From Promethearchaeota archaeon (lineage in GTDB: Archaea > Asgardarchaeota > Lokiarchaeia > Sigyniarchaeales > SOKP01): a DNA stretch of 64,000 bases. The notes beneath the pieces are model-generated. The model was not told the DNA's origin. It saw only the letters and a list, made by a program, of their open reading frames with translations, and did no database searches. Position numbers and translations under genes: made by a program. Of this stretch, positions 30,115 to 39,392 are shown in pieces. The stretch covers positions 96,001 to 160,000 of the forward strand of contig JAEOUA010000007.1 of NCBI GenBank assembly GCA_016839555.1, given 5' to 3'. Within the stretch, counting starts at the first letter, position 1; every line of letters starts with the position of its first letter.

Positions 30115-31380
30115 ATGCGAGAAATTAGGTATAATTTAGACTCCGCAATTGAACTTGCAGAAGAATTTACAACTCATAAAATTAATGAACATAACCTAAT
30201 TATTTTACCAAATAGACCAACTTGGATGGTTTTATCTGACAGAGAATTTACAATTTTCAATAAATTAATAAAAAGCAATACTCTTAGAAGCGTTTTAGAT
30301 ACATATTCCGAAAAAGAAGTTTATTCTGTTCTTTTAAAAATTGAGCAAGCGCATTTCTATAAAGATGATATATCAGCTGAAATAGATTTTCTTCCCCCTG
30401 AACTTGTGCTTAATTTAACTAATCAATGTAATTTAAGATGTGTTCATTGCTATTCTAATTCAGGGAAGAAGGAACAAGATGAACTGACAACTCAACAATG
30501 GCTAGATATTATAGACCAATATTCTACATTTGTATCTAATGGTTCGGTCACTTTAACTGGTGGAGAACCTACCCTTTTTCCAGATTTATTAACAATTTTA
30601 AAGAAATTAAAATCTAAAAATCATGAGACTGTTTTATTTTCAAATGGAACAACAAATGGAGGAAAATTTGGATGGGATAAATTATGTGAATATCTTGATT
30701 ATGTACAATTTAGTTTTGATGGATTTACCCCAGAAATTCATGATAGAATACGCGGTCCAGGTGCCTTCAATAAAGTTTTAGGAGCTTTGAAAATAGTTTA
30801 TAAATTAGATAAACCTCTTCGAATTGGAATAAGTCTAATGCCACAAAACATAGATTCAATTGTCTTAAATTTAAAAAAATTCTTAATAAAATATGATCCG
30901 GACAAAAAAATTGGGTTGATCCTTACACCAACTGTAACATTGGGAAGAAATAAAGGGGAGTATTCCATTACATTTAGAGAAGTATTTTCAAAGGTAAGAG
31001 ATGTATTAACTGAGATTTGGAATGTAGGATGGAAAATACCAAAGATTTTCAAAAAAAATGTTCGCAGAACACGATGTGGAATTGGAACCTCAATTTCAAT
31101 AACATCAACTGGAGGACTTAAACCTTGTGTCTTTTCTAAACCTACAGGACATATATTAGAAGATAAATTAATTGATTGGCATTATTGTATGCTAGAAAAG
31201 TATTCAAAAGTAAGTGTTGATAATTATGAGCAATGTAAAAACTGCGATTTAAAATATATTTGCTCTGGGGGATGTGTATTATTTTTTGAACATAGAAAGA
31301 GATGTTCTACAGATTTAGAAGAAAATAAGAAAATAAAAAAATATTTTTACGAGAGACTTATCCACGAAACCTTTATATAA
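30115..31380 (+). CDS. Radical SAM/SPASM peptide maturase with N-terminal RRE/PqqD-like domain
   Basis: CNLRCVHC, TGGEPTL, SFDG...HDRIRG; SPASM CGIG...GGLKPC and CKNCDLKYICSGGC...C; ~90-aa N-terminal beta-then-helical extension. Confidence 0.88.
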   Translation: MREIRYNLDSAIELAEEFTTHKINEHNLIILPNRPTWMVLSDREFTIFNKLIKSNTLRSVLDTYSEKEVYSVLLKIEQAHFYKDDISAEIDFLPPELVLNLTNQCNLRCVHCYSNSGKKEQDELTTQQWLDIIDQYSTFVSNGSVTLTGGEPTLFPDLLTILKKLKSKNHETVLFSNGTTNGGKFGWDKLCEYLDYVQFSFDGFTPEIHDRIRGPGAFNKVLGALKIVYKLDKPLRIGISLMPQNIDSIVLNLKKFLIKYDPDKKIGLILTPTVTLGRNKGEYSITFREVFSKVRDVLTEIWNVGWKIPKIFKKNVRRTRCGIGTSISITSTGGLKPCVFSKPTGHILEDKLIDWHYCMLEKYSKVSVDNYEQCKNCDLKYICSGGCVLFFEHRKRCSTDLEENKKIKKYFYERLIHETFI

Positions 31381-31462
31381 GCCAAATCTTTTTTTAAAAC
31401 ATCAAAATAATTCTTCAATCTTTAATATTATTTAAATTTTTAGTATAAAAAGGGGTGATTTT

Positions 31463-31609
31463 ATGGTAAAATATAAAAAAACTGACACAGATTTTGTTAT
31501 TAAAGTTCCAGAAGATAATGAAATGAGTCAAAAAGAAGCCTTTAATGGAGTAAATATTGGTATGTGTTATATTAAAGTCCATAACCTATGTTCTGAAACC
31601 AAAGTATAG
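31463..31609 (+). CDS. Unannotated 48-aa peptide, candidate RiPP precursor: MVKYKKTDTDFVIKVPEDNEMSQKEAFNGVNIGMCYIKVHNLCSETKV
   Basis: Hand translation; strong AGGGGTGAT RBS at 31451-31459; 82-bp gap after the rSAM gene, same strand; charged leader-like N-half, two Cys in the C-terminal part. Confidence 0.72.
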   Translation: MVKYKKTDTDFVIKVPEDNEMSQKEAFNGVNIGMCYIKVHNLCSETKV

Positions 31610-31721
31610 AGTTTAATTCAACTACCAAAATAAATTTTAGAGAGTGTTATTGAATAATAATCTCAGAATTTTTTATTGATTAATTTTAATATTAATTAGA
31701 AATTTAAAATCTAAGCGTGAT

Positions 31722-33182
31722 TTATTTTTCAATTTTATGCATTATTTCTTTTATTTTTGCCTTTTCAGTAGTATCGGAGATTTTTTGAAGATGCTTCCTT
31801 AAAAATCTTCTAAATTTTCTTAATATTGAAGGATTATCTTCACTTAAATTAATTTTCTCATTAGGGTCACTCTTTAAGTCGAATATGTATTCTTTATTTG
31901 ATTGCTCATCAAAAATATATTTCCAATTATTTTTTCTTATTGAAATCAATTTAAATCCATCATTTTCATTTATTCTTATTTCACCATTTTTTTGATATCC
32001 TTCAGAGATGATAAAATCGTCTCTATTAATTGATTTTCCTTTAAGTAATGGTAAGAGGCTTTTACCTTGAAAAAATTTGGGAATTTCTAAATCAAAATAA
32101 TCTAATATCGTGGGAGCAATATCAATTAATTGTACTTGTTCCTCAACATATTTCACATTCTCTTTTTTACCCAACTCAATGATGATAAGAGGAATCTTTA
32201 GAATTTCATCGAAAATATTTCCAGTATGATGTAATAATTCATGCTCATAAAATGCTTCTCCATGATCTGAGGTAATTATAATCAAGCAGTTTTTTTTAAA
32301 AAGAGAATAAATTGTTTTAAAAATTTTTAATAAATATTTATCTACAAAATTTATTTCTCCATCATATAAATCAATCAAATTATTCAGGATTTCTTTATTT
32401 ATATGATATCTCCTAAAATTCATAAGAAATTTAGTATTTAATAACTCTTTTTCTCTTAAATTAATATTTTCTCTTCTAAATCTTAATAGGTTTCTTTTTG
32501 GTGGATTATAAGGATTATGTACATCCATGAAATGAGCACATAAAAACATATTTTTATTATATTTTTTTAAAAAATTAATAACTTTTCTTGAAATCAAAGG
32601 TGCATTATATTCAAGTGTTATGTATGGAATTAATATTTCAATTAATTTGTACATTCTAAATACTATCCAATTTCTTATTGTATCAAAACCTATTAAACAT
32701 TTTTTAATTTTTTCTAAAATTTTTTGATAATTTATAATTTTTTTTATATTTGAAAAAGCTGATATTTTAAGAGATTCATTTTTATTGAGTTTTTTTCGAG
32801 TTTGTGAAAATTTACTTAATTGTCCTTCAAAAAAAATATCAAAACCCCGATCATAATTGTAATGCTTTCCTAAAAAGGGGTTATCATGTATGAAATAAGT
32901 TAAAATATTATTTTTCTTTAAAATTTCTTGAAATGTCTTTTTTTGAGTAGGTAAAGGGGCATAACCTCCCCTTAAAAAAGGGAATATTGAAGAAAAAATG
33001 GCTGAAAATGAAGATGGTGAATCTATTCCGTTTGTATATGCATTTAAAAAAATTGTACCTTGGTTGATAAAAGATTCTAAATTTGGAGCCGTATTTCTAT
33101 AATATCCATAGCATTTTAAGCTGTCTCTTCTTAAAGCATCAATTGTAATAAGAATTACTCTTTTATTTGTTAATTTATTCAT
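31722..33182 (-). CDS. Sulfatase-like (alkaline phosphatase superfamily) hydrolase/transferase
   Basis: LITIDALRRD, HFMDVHNPY, YDGEI, TSDHGE, DIAPTILD, DLKSDPNE; no (C/S)xPxR formylglycine motif (DSPSSF instead). Confidence 0.85.
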   Translation of the reverse strand: MNKLTNKRVILITIDALRRDSLKCYGYYRNTAPNLESFINQGTIFLNAYTNGIDSPSSFSAIFSSIFPFLRGGYAPLPTQKKTFQEILKKNNILTYFIHDNPFLGKHYNYDRGFDIFFEGQLSKFSQTRKKLNKNESLKISAFSNIKKIINYQKILEKIKKCLIGFDTIRNWIVFRMYKLIEILIPYITLEYNAPLISRKVINFLKKYNKNMFLCAHFMDVHNPYNPPKRNLLRFRRENINLREKELLNTKFLMNFRRYHINKEILNNLIDLYDGEINFVDKYLLKIFKTIYSLFKKNCLIIITSDHGEAFYEHELLHHTGNIFDEILKIPLIIIELGKKENVKYVEEQVQLIDIAPTILDYFDLEIPKFFQGKSLLPLLKGKSINRDDFIISEGYQKNGEIRINENDGFKLISIRKNNWKYIFDEQSNKEYIFDLKSDPNEKINLSEDNPSILRKFRRFLRKHLQKISDTTEKAKIKEIMHKIEK

Positions 33183-33402
33183 TGATTTATCAATTTATTT
33201 CAAGGAATTAAATAAATACCTAATTCATCTAATAATTAAAGACTTGATATACGAAAATAATTTTAAGAAAACATTAATTTAAACTTTTTTAAGAATTTTT
33301 GTTTTTAGAAAAAGAGTTTCTACTTAAATTTTATAAAAAATTACAAAAAAATTTTAGAAATCAATAATTACTTAATTAAATAGGTAAAATACGAAAGCAA
33401 CA

Positions 33403-34536
33403 ATGGAATATAAGAATGAAAAACCCGCTATACTAATGCTAAAAGATGGCCGATATTTTAAGGGTATCGGGTTCGGTGCAACTAAAATTGTTACAGGAGA
33501 ATTAGTATTTACAACAATAACTGGCGCAGGATATAATGAAACGCTCACAGATCCCTCCTATCAAGGTCAAATTGTTATTATGACTCATCCTTTAGTGGGA
33601 AACTATGGTGTACCTTCATGGGAGAAAGATGAATATGGGTTAATAAAATATTTTGAATCTGAATCTATTAAAGTAAGTGGATTTGTTGTAAATGAATGTT
33701 GTAAGCATCCCCATCATTATAAAAGCGTAAAAAATTTGGATCAATTTCTCACAGAAGAAGATATTCCAGGAATTGAATGGATGGATACGCGTGCTATCAC
33801 GAAAATCTTACGAGAAGAAGGAGTGCAAGTCGGATTATTAGCTGTTTTTAATCCTGGAAAAAAACCTAATATTGAAGAATTAAGAGAAATGGTAAAAGAG
33901 GCAGAAGATCCAAATCTAAGAAAATTAGCTGGTGAAGTCTCTGTTAAAAAAATTAAAAAATATTCACCAGTCAACCCTCGAGGAAGAGTGGTAATTTTAG
34001 ATTTAGGTGTGAAATATAGTATTATACGAAATTTATTAAAAAGAAATATAGAAGTAATTCTCGTACCATATGACTATACTTATGAGCAAATAATGAAATA
34101 TAGTCCTAATGGAGTAATTATATCAAATGGTCCGGGAGATCCCAAATTATATTATAATGCCATAGAAGTAAGTACAAGGTTGATGGAGGATGATATACCA
34201 ACCTTCGGAATATGTTTAGGAAACCAAATAATAGGCTTAGCTGCGGGGGGAACTTCCTATAAATTAAAATACGGGCATCGGGGCGGGAACAAAACCGTTA
34301 TAAATCCAGAAACAAGACGTTGCTATATTACCTCTCAAAATCATGGATATTGCGTAAAAGATTTTGAAGCAGGGGGTTTTATAGAATTTTTAAAAAACAT
34401 AGATGATGACTCAAATGAGGGAATTATTCATGAACGAAAACCAATTTTTGCGGTTCAATTTCATCCTGAAGCCTCGCCAGGTCCTCTAGATTCTATATAT
34501 TTATTTGATAAATTTATTGAATTGATGGAGATCTGA
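33403..34536 (+). CDS. carA: Carbamoyl-phosphate synthase small (glutaminase) subunit, intact triad
   Basis: TDPSY, SNGPGDP, GICLGNQ (Cys), SQNHGY, QFHPEA (His, Glu). Confidence 0.96.
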   Translation: MEYKNEKPAILMLKDGRYFKGIGFGATKIVTGELVFTTITGAGYNETLTDPSYQGQIVIMTHPLVGNYGVPSWEKDEYGLIKYFESESIKVSGFVVNECCKHPHHYKSVKNLDQFLTEEDIPGIEWMDTRAITKILREEGVQVGLLAVFNPGKKPNIEELREMVKEAEDPNLRKLAGEVSVKKIKKYSPVNPRGRVVILDLGVKYSIIRNLLKRNIEVILVPYDYTYEQIMKYSPNGVIISNGPGDPKLYYNAIEVSTRLMEDDIPTFGICLGNQIIGLAAGGTSYKLKYGHRGGNKTVINPETRRCYITSQNHGYCVKDFEAGGFIEFLKNIDDDSNEGIIHERKPIFAVQFHPEASPGPLDSIYLFDKFIELMEI

Positions 34537-34540
34537 TATC

Positions 34541-37500
34541 ATGCCTTTTGATAAATCCATTAAAAAAGCCTTAGTTTTAGGGAGTGGAGGTATTCGAATT
34601 GGCCAAGCAGGTGAATTTGACTACTCGGGTTCCCAAGTTTTAAAAGCCTTAAAAGAAGAGGGAATAGAAACTATCCTTATTAACCCAAATATTGCAACAA
34701 TTCAAACAGATCCTCAATTATCTGATAGAGTATATTTATTACCTATTAATGTTAAATATGTAGAAAAAGTTATCAAAAAGGAACGTCCTGACGGAATTCT
34801 TCTCTCATTTGGAGGACAAACAGCTCTTAATGTTGGAGTAGAACTCCAAGAATTAGGAATATTGGAAAAATATAATGTCCGTGTTTTAGGAACTCCTATT
34901 GAGGCAATCGAGGCGACAGAAGATAGGGATTTATTTGTAAAAGCAATGAATAAATCTAATGCCCCCGTGTGTAAAAGTAAGGCCGTCAATTCATATAATG
35001 AAGCAATTAAAACAGTGGAGGAATTTGGTTTTCCTTTAATGATAAGGGTAGCCTATACTTTAGGAGGAAGAGGTTCTGGTATTGTTTCTGATATCAAAGA
35101 ATTTGAAAAAATGGCAAGAAGAGGATTGGCACAATCCAGAATAAATCAAATACTTATTGAGGAGAGTGTATGGGGCTGGAAAGAAATTGAATATGAAGTT
35201 GTCCGTGATGCAGCAGATAATTGTTTTATAAATTGCAATATGGAGAATTTTGATCCTGTAGGTGTGCACACCGGGGAATCAATTGTCGTAGCCCCTTCTC
35301 AGACTCTTACTAATGAAGAATATCAAATGCTCCGTTCCGCGTCAATACGAATTATTAGAAATTTAGGGATTATTGGAGAATGTAATATTCAATATGCCCT
35401 TCATCCAAAAAGTAATGAATTTAGAGTAATTGAAGTAAATGCCCGTCTTTCAAGATCTTCCGCTTTAGCTTCAAAAGCGACGGGATATCCTTTAGCTTAT
35501 ATAGCTGCGAAATTAGCAATTGGATATCAACTTCCGGAATTGAAAAATAAAATTACAGGTAAAACGACCGCGTGTTTTGAACCCGCGTTAGATTATCTTG
35601 TCTTGAAAATTCCGCGCTGGGATATGACCAAATTTCAAAGAGTTGACCGTCATATCGGCAGTCAAATGAAGTCAGTCGGCGAAGTGATGGCTATTGGACG
35701 CACCTTCGAGGAAGTATTACAGAAGGCTGTCCGAATGCTCGATATTGGTATGAAAGGAATGGTTTCGAATGATTTAGAGCCAATTGAAGACCTTAATGAA
35801 TTAAAATATAACCTAAGAAATCCCACCGATTTACGAGTTTTTCGCTTGATTGAGGCTATTAAGAGAGGATTAGATCTCGATGAGATTTATAACCTTTCAA
35901 GAGTCGATAAATGGTTCCTCTATAAATTGCAAAATATTATTAATATTGAACGCCAGATTGAATCTTTAGATCTTTTAAAGTCTTCTGACTCTCAAAAAAA
36001 ATATATACTTAAAAGAGCAAAACGTTTTGGCTTTTCGGATGGACAAATCGCTAAAATTATGGGAATAGATACCATTCAAATACGTAATTTGCGCAGACGC
36101 TTCAACATTACTCCTTGCGTAAAACGAATTGATACCTTGGCAGCGGAATGGCCTGCTATCACTAATTATTTGTATCTTACTTATGCAGGTTTGGAGCATG
36201 ATATTGACTATGAACAAGAGGCTAGAAAGAATTTGCAAAAAATCATCGTGCTTGGAAGTGGTACATATCGAATTGGGGCGAGTGTTGAATTTGATTGGGG
36301 TTCTGTAAATTGCCTATGGGGTTTAAAAAAGCAAGATGTTGATCAAGCTATTATTATTAATTATAACCCAGAGACGGTTAGTACCGATTATGATATCAGC
36401 GATAAACTTTATTTCGAAGAGCTTTCGGGTGAGAGGGTATTAGATATATGTGAGTTAGAAAATCCCTATGGTATTATTGTTTCAGTAGGAGGGCAAATCG
36501 CAAATAACCTTGCCGCCAAATTCTCTAAGTATAGTGAGTTTTTTAGGAAAGTTGGTATTAATATCTTAGGGACTCACGGCTCTCGTATTGATATGGCGGA
36601 AGATCGTAGTAAATTTAGTAATTTGTTAGACCAATTGAATATCGGACAACCCCAATGGAAAACTTTGACCAATAAAGCGGAAGCGATAGATTTTTCTAAA
36701 GATGTGGGTTATCCCGTTCTCGTGCGCCCTTCCTATGTATTGAGCGGAGCTGCTATGAGAGTCTGTTATGATCAAAAGACATTGCAAGACACTTTAGATC
36801 TCGCCGCTTCCGTATCGAGTGAGTATCCCGTGGTAATTACCAAATTCTTTACTGATGCCCGTGAAGTAGAATGCGATGGAGTGTGCGATGGAGAAGAGGT
36901 GCTTATTGGAGCAATTGTGGAGCATATAGAAAATGCTGGAATTCATTCTGGAGATGCTACAATGGCAATCCCTCCTCAAACCATCTCAAATGAGGTGATT
37001 GAGATAATCAAAAAATACACAAAACAGATCGCTTTAGCACTTAAAATAAAAGGTCCTTTCAATGTTCAATATTTAGTAAAGAATGGGGGCGTCTATGTTA
37101 TCGAATGTAATCTCCGTTCAAGCCGCAGCATGCCTTATGTATCTAAAACCCGCGGCATTAACTTAATGCGAATCGCGGCAGAAATCTTCATGGGAAAGAA
37201 AATCCCCAAGCGATTATTAGATTTATCCTATGGGGATTATATCTCAGTAAAAGCTCCCATGTTTTCCTTCATGCGATTAGATAAAGCCGACCCAATTCTT
37301 GGCGTCGAGATGAATTCAACGGGGGAATGTGCGAGTTTTGGCGATACTTTTCCGGAAGCATTAGTAAAAGCAATTGAATCAACTGGTAGAAATATTCCGA
37401 TTTACGGGGGGAACGTCCTAATTTCAGTAGGCGGAGAGGAATTAAAGAAAAAAATTATCCCCTTAGCACAGAAATTAAGAAATATGGGCTTTACCATTTT

Positions 37501-37852
37501 TGCTACGGAGGATACTGCGTTAGCAATGAAAAAAAACGGGATATTCGCCGTCAAGCTGTATAAAATCTATGAATACGGAAAGGAGCCGAACATTGTGAGT
37601 TGCCTAGAAAATGCTGCTATAGACCTCGTTATAAATATCCCACTTCCAACAACCGTGGAAGAAAAATTCAGGCAAATTATGGAGGATGAGTATGTAATCA
37701 GGCGGAAGGCAGTTGATTTTAATATTCCTGTGATTACGAACTTTGAGTTGGGAGCCGCACTAGTAGACGCTATAGAAGAATTGCGCCATAAAGAAATCTC
37801 TATTAAATCTTTAAATGAATACCATAAAACCCTAAAAGAAGTTTATTGGTAG
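34541..37852 (+). CDS. carB: Carbamoyl-phosphate synthase large subunit (copy 1)
   Basis: IGQAGEFDYSG, EVNARLSRSSALASKATGYP, NPETVSTDYD, RPSYVLSG, two ATP-grasp halves plus MGS domain. Confidence 0.96.
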   Translation: MPFDKSIKKALVLGSGGIRIGQAGEFDYSGSQVLKALKEEGIETILINPNIATIQTDPQLSDRVYLLPINVKYVEKVIKKERPDGILLSFGGQTALNVGVELQELGILEKYNVRVLGTPIEAIEATEDRDLFVKAMNKSNAPVCKSKAVNSYNEAIKTVEEFGFPLMIRVAYTLGGRGSGIVSDIKEFEKMARRGLAQSRINQILIEESVWGWKEIEYEVVRDAADNCFINCNMENFDPVGVHTGESIVVAPSQTLTNEEYQMLRSASIRIIRNLGIIGECNIQYALHPKSNEFRVIEVNARLSRSSALASKATGYPLAYIAAKLAIGYQLPELKNKITGKTTACFEPALDYLVLKIPRWDMTKFQRVDRHIGSQMKSVGEVMAIGRTFEEVLQKAVRMLDIGMKGMVSNDLEPIEDLNELKYNLRNPTDLRVFRLIEAIKRGLDLDEIYNLSRVDKWFLYKLQNIINIERQIESLDLLKSSDSQKKYILKRAKRFGFSDGQIAKIMGIDTIQIRNLRRRFNITPCVKRIDTLAAEWPAITNYLYLTYAGLEHDIDYEQEARKNLQKIIVLGSGTYRIGASVEFDWGSVNCLWGLKKQDVDQAIIINYNPETVSTDYDISDKLYFEELSGERVLDICELENPYGIIVSVGGQIANNLAAKFSKYSEFFRKVGINILGTHGSRIDMAEDRSKFSNLLDQLNIGQPQWKTLTNKAEAIDFSKDVGYPVLVRPSYVLSGAAMRVCYDQKTLQDTLDLAASVSSEYPVVITKFFTDAREVECDGVCDGEEVLIGAIVEHIENAGIHSGDATMAIPPQTISNEVIEIIKKYTKQIALALKIKGPFNVQYLVKNGGVYVIECNLRSSRSMPYVSKTRGINLMRIAAEIFMGKKIPKRLLDLSYGDYISVKAPMFSFMRLDKADPILGVEMNSTGECASFGDTFPEALVKAIESTGRNIPIYGGNVLISVGGEELKKKIIPLAQKLRNMGFTIFATEDTALAMKKNGIFAVKLYKIYEYGKEPNIVSCLENAAIDLVINIPLPTTVEEKFRQIMEDEYVIRRKAVDFNIPVITNFELGAALVDAIEELRHKEISIKSLNEYHKTLKEVYW

Positions 37853-37928
37853 ATCTAATTTATACTCAAATTATTAGAAAATTTTGGACCACTATTCTTT
37901 TAAATATTTGTATTTAGTTTTTTAATAT

Positions 37929-38087
37929 ATGGCAATATCAACTAATAATAGGTATAGAAGTTGCGTTGACTGCGACCATTATAATGAGGAGAGGCAATAT
38001 TGTGAATACTTTAAGAGAAAGCTCTCTCCACACTGTTATTGTTTAGTAGACGGAAATATGGTTTATTTCCTTAAAAACAATAACTAA
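37929..38087 (+). CDS. Unannotated 52-aa Cys-rich protein: MAISTNNRYRSCVDCDHYNEERQYCEYFKRKLSPHCYCLVDGNMVYFLKNNN
   Basis: Hand translation; CxxC-x9-C-x10-CxC; TTTTAAATA box at 37898-37906 (leaderless spacing); T-tract right after the stop; more GC-rich than the flanks. Confidence 0.62.
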   Translation: MAISTNNRYRSCVDCDHYNEERQYCEYFKRKLSPHCYCLVDGNMVYFLKNNN

Positions 38088-38252
38088 TCGTTTTTTTTCT
38101 CTCTTATTCTCGATCTTTTTATTCTATTTAATTAAAACATTTTTTATTTTACTGATATTATTTTTGAGAAGATAATTATATTAATTAAATTAGTAAAATT
38201 AGATATACAAAATATATTAAATAGTAAACAAAGCCGTATAAATGTAAATACA

Positions 38253-39392
38253 ATGATTTATAAAACTGAAAAACCAGCTATTTTGATGTTAGATAGTGGG
38301 CTATATTTTAAGGGAATTGGTTTTGGCGCCGTTAAAAAAGTATCTGGTGAAATCATATTTAATACAATACCAGGTTCGGGTTATGTTGAATTATTAACTA
38401 ATCCCACAAATAAAGGAAAAATTATAGTATGTACATACCCCTCCATCGGTAACTACGGGGTTCCCGCAAAATTGAGAGATGAATATGGGATATTAAAACA
38501 GTTTGAATCAGACTCAATTCATATAAATGGACTCGTAATCAGCGAATATTGTGATACACCGAGTCATTATGAAAGTATCAAAACCTTAGAGGAATGGCTT
38601 ATAGAGGAGGATATTCCTGCTATACAATGGGTAGATACGAGAAGGTTAACCCAATATCTCGTTCAAAATAAAACCTCTATGGGGATTTTACAAGTTTTTG
38701 ATCAAAATAGCAAACCAAATATTCAAGCTTTACGAGAAGAAGCAAAAAAATTAAAGAATTTAAATAAAAGAAATTTAGTAGAAGTGGTTTCCACCAAAAA
38801 AGTGAAAACTTATTCTTGTGAAAATAGTAAGGCAACAGTTCTCATTATTGATTTAGGAGTGAAAAACGGTATTTTAAGGGTTCTTCTCAAAAAAAAGATG
38901 GATATCGTTATAGTTCCCCATAATTTTTACTATAATAATATAATGGAGTTAAGGCCTGATGGAATTTTGATTTCAAATGGACCAGGGAATCCGAAAATAT
39001 ATTCTGAAATCGTGAACTTAATCGAAAAACTTCTAAATACAGAAACTCCAATGATGGGAATAGGATTGGGTCATATTTTAATTGGATTAGCGGCAGGTGC
39101 AGAAGTCTATAAGATGAAAGCCCCTCATAGAGGGGGAAGAACAACTGTGAAAAACTCAACAAATCAATGTTATATAACTTACCAAAATCATGGCTATTGT
39201 TTAAAAAGTTTAAAAGAAAATGGTTTTTCAGAATACTTTCATGATAAGGATGATGGATCGAATGAAGGGCTGATTCATAAAAATAAATCAATTTTTTCAG
39301 TTTTATTTAATCCAGAAGGATCCCCTGGGCCATTAGATGTGAGGGATATCATATTTGATAAATTTATAGAATCAATCAAGGTGAAGAAATAA
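38253..39392 (+). CDS. carA: Carbamoyl-phosphate synthase small subunit homolog, glutaminase-inactive
   Basis: Full-length CarA paralog, but nucleophile GICLG reads GIGLG and QFHPE reads LFNPE; stop overlaps the carB2 ATG (TAATG). Confidence 0.9.
   Translation: MIYKTEKPAILMLDSGLYFKGIGFGAVKKVSGEIIFNTIPGSGYVELLTNPTNKGKIIVCTYPSIGNYGVPAKLRDEYGILKQFESDSIHINGLVISEYCDTPSHYESIKTLEEWLIEEDIPAIQWVDTRRLTQYLVQNKTSMGILQVFDQNSKPNIQALREEAKKLKNLNKRNLVEVVSTKKVKTYSCENSKATVLIIDLGVKNGILRVLLKKKMDIVIVPHNFYYNNIMELRPDGILISNGPGNPKIYSEIVNLIEKLLNTETPMMGIGLGHILIGLAAGAEVYKMKAPHRGGRTTVKNSTNQCYITYQNHGYCLKSLKENGFSEYFHDKDDGSNEGLIHKNKSIFSVLFNPEGSPGPLDVRDIIFDKFIESIKVKK

Noticed and set aside
30115-33182. rSAM/SPASM as an anaerobic sulfatase-maturating enzyme for the neighbouring sulfatase
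   Set aside because: The sulfatase-like protein lacks the (C/S)xPxR target motif, is convergent rather than co-transcribed, and the rSAM has an N-terminal RRE-like extension atypical of anSMEs. Disfavoured, not excluded.
37929-38090. Riboswitch or ncRNA between the CPS operons
   Set aside because: No recognisable riboswitch consensus; the elevated GC is better explained by the Cys-rich ORF.
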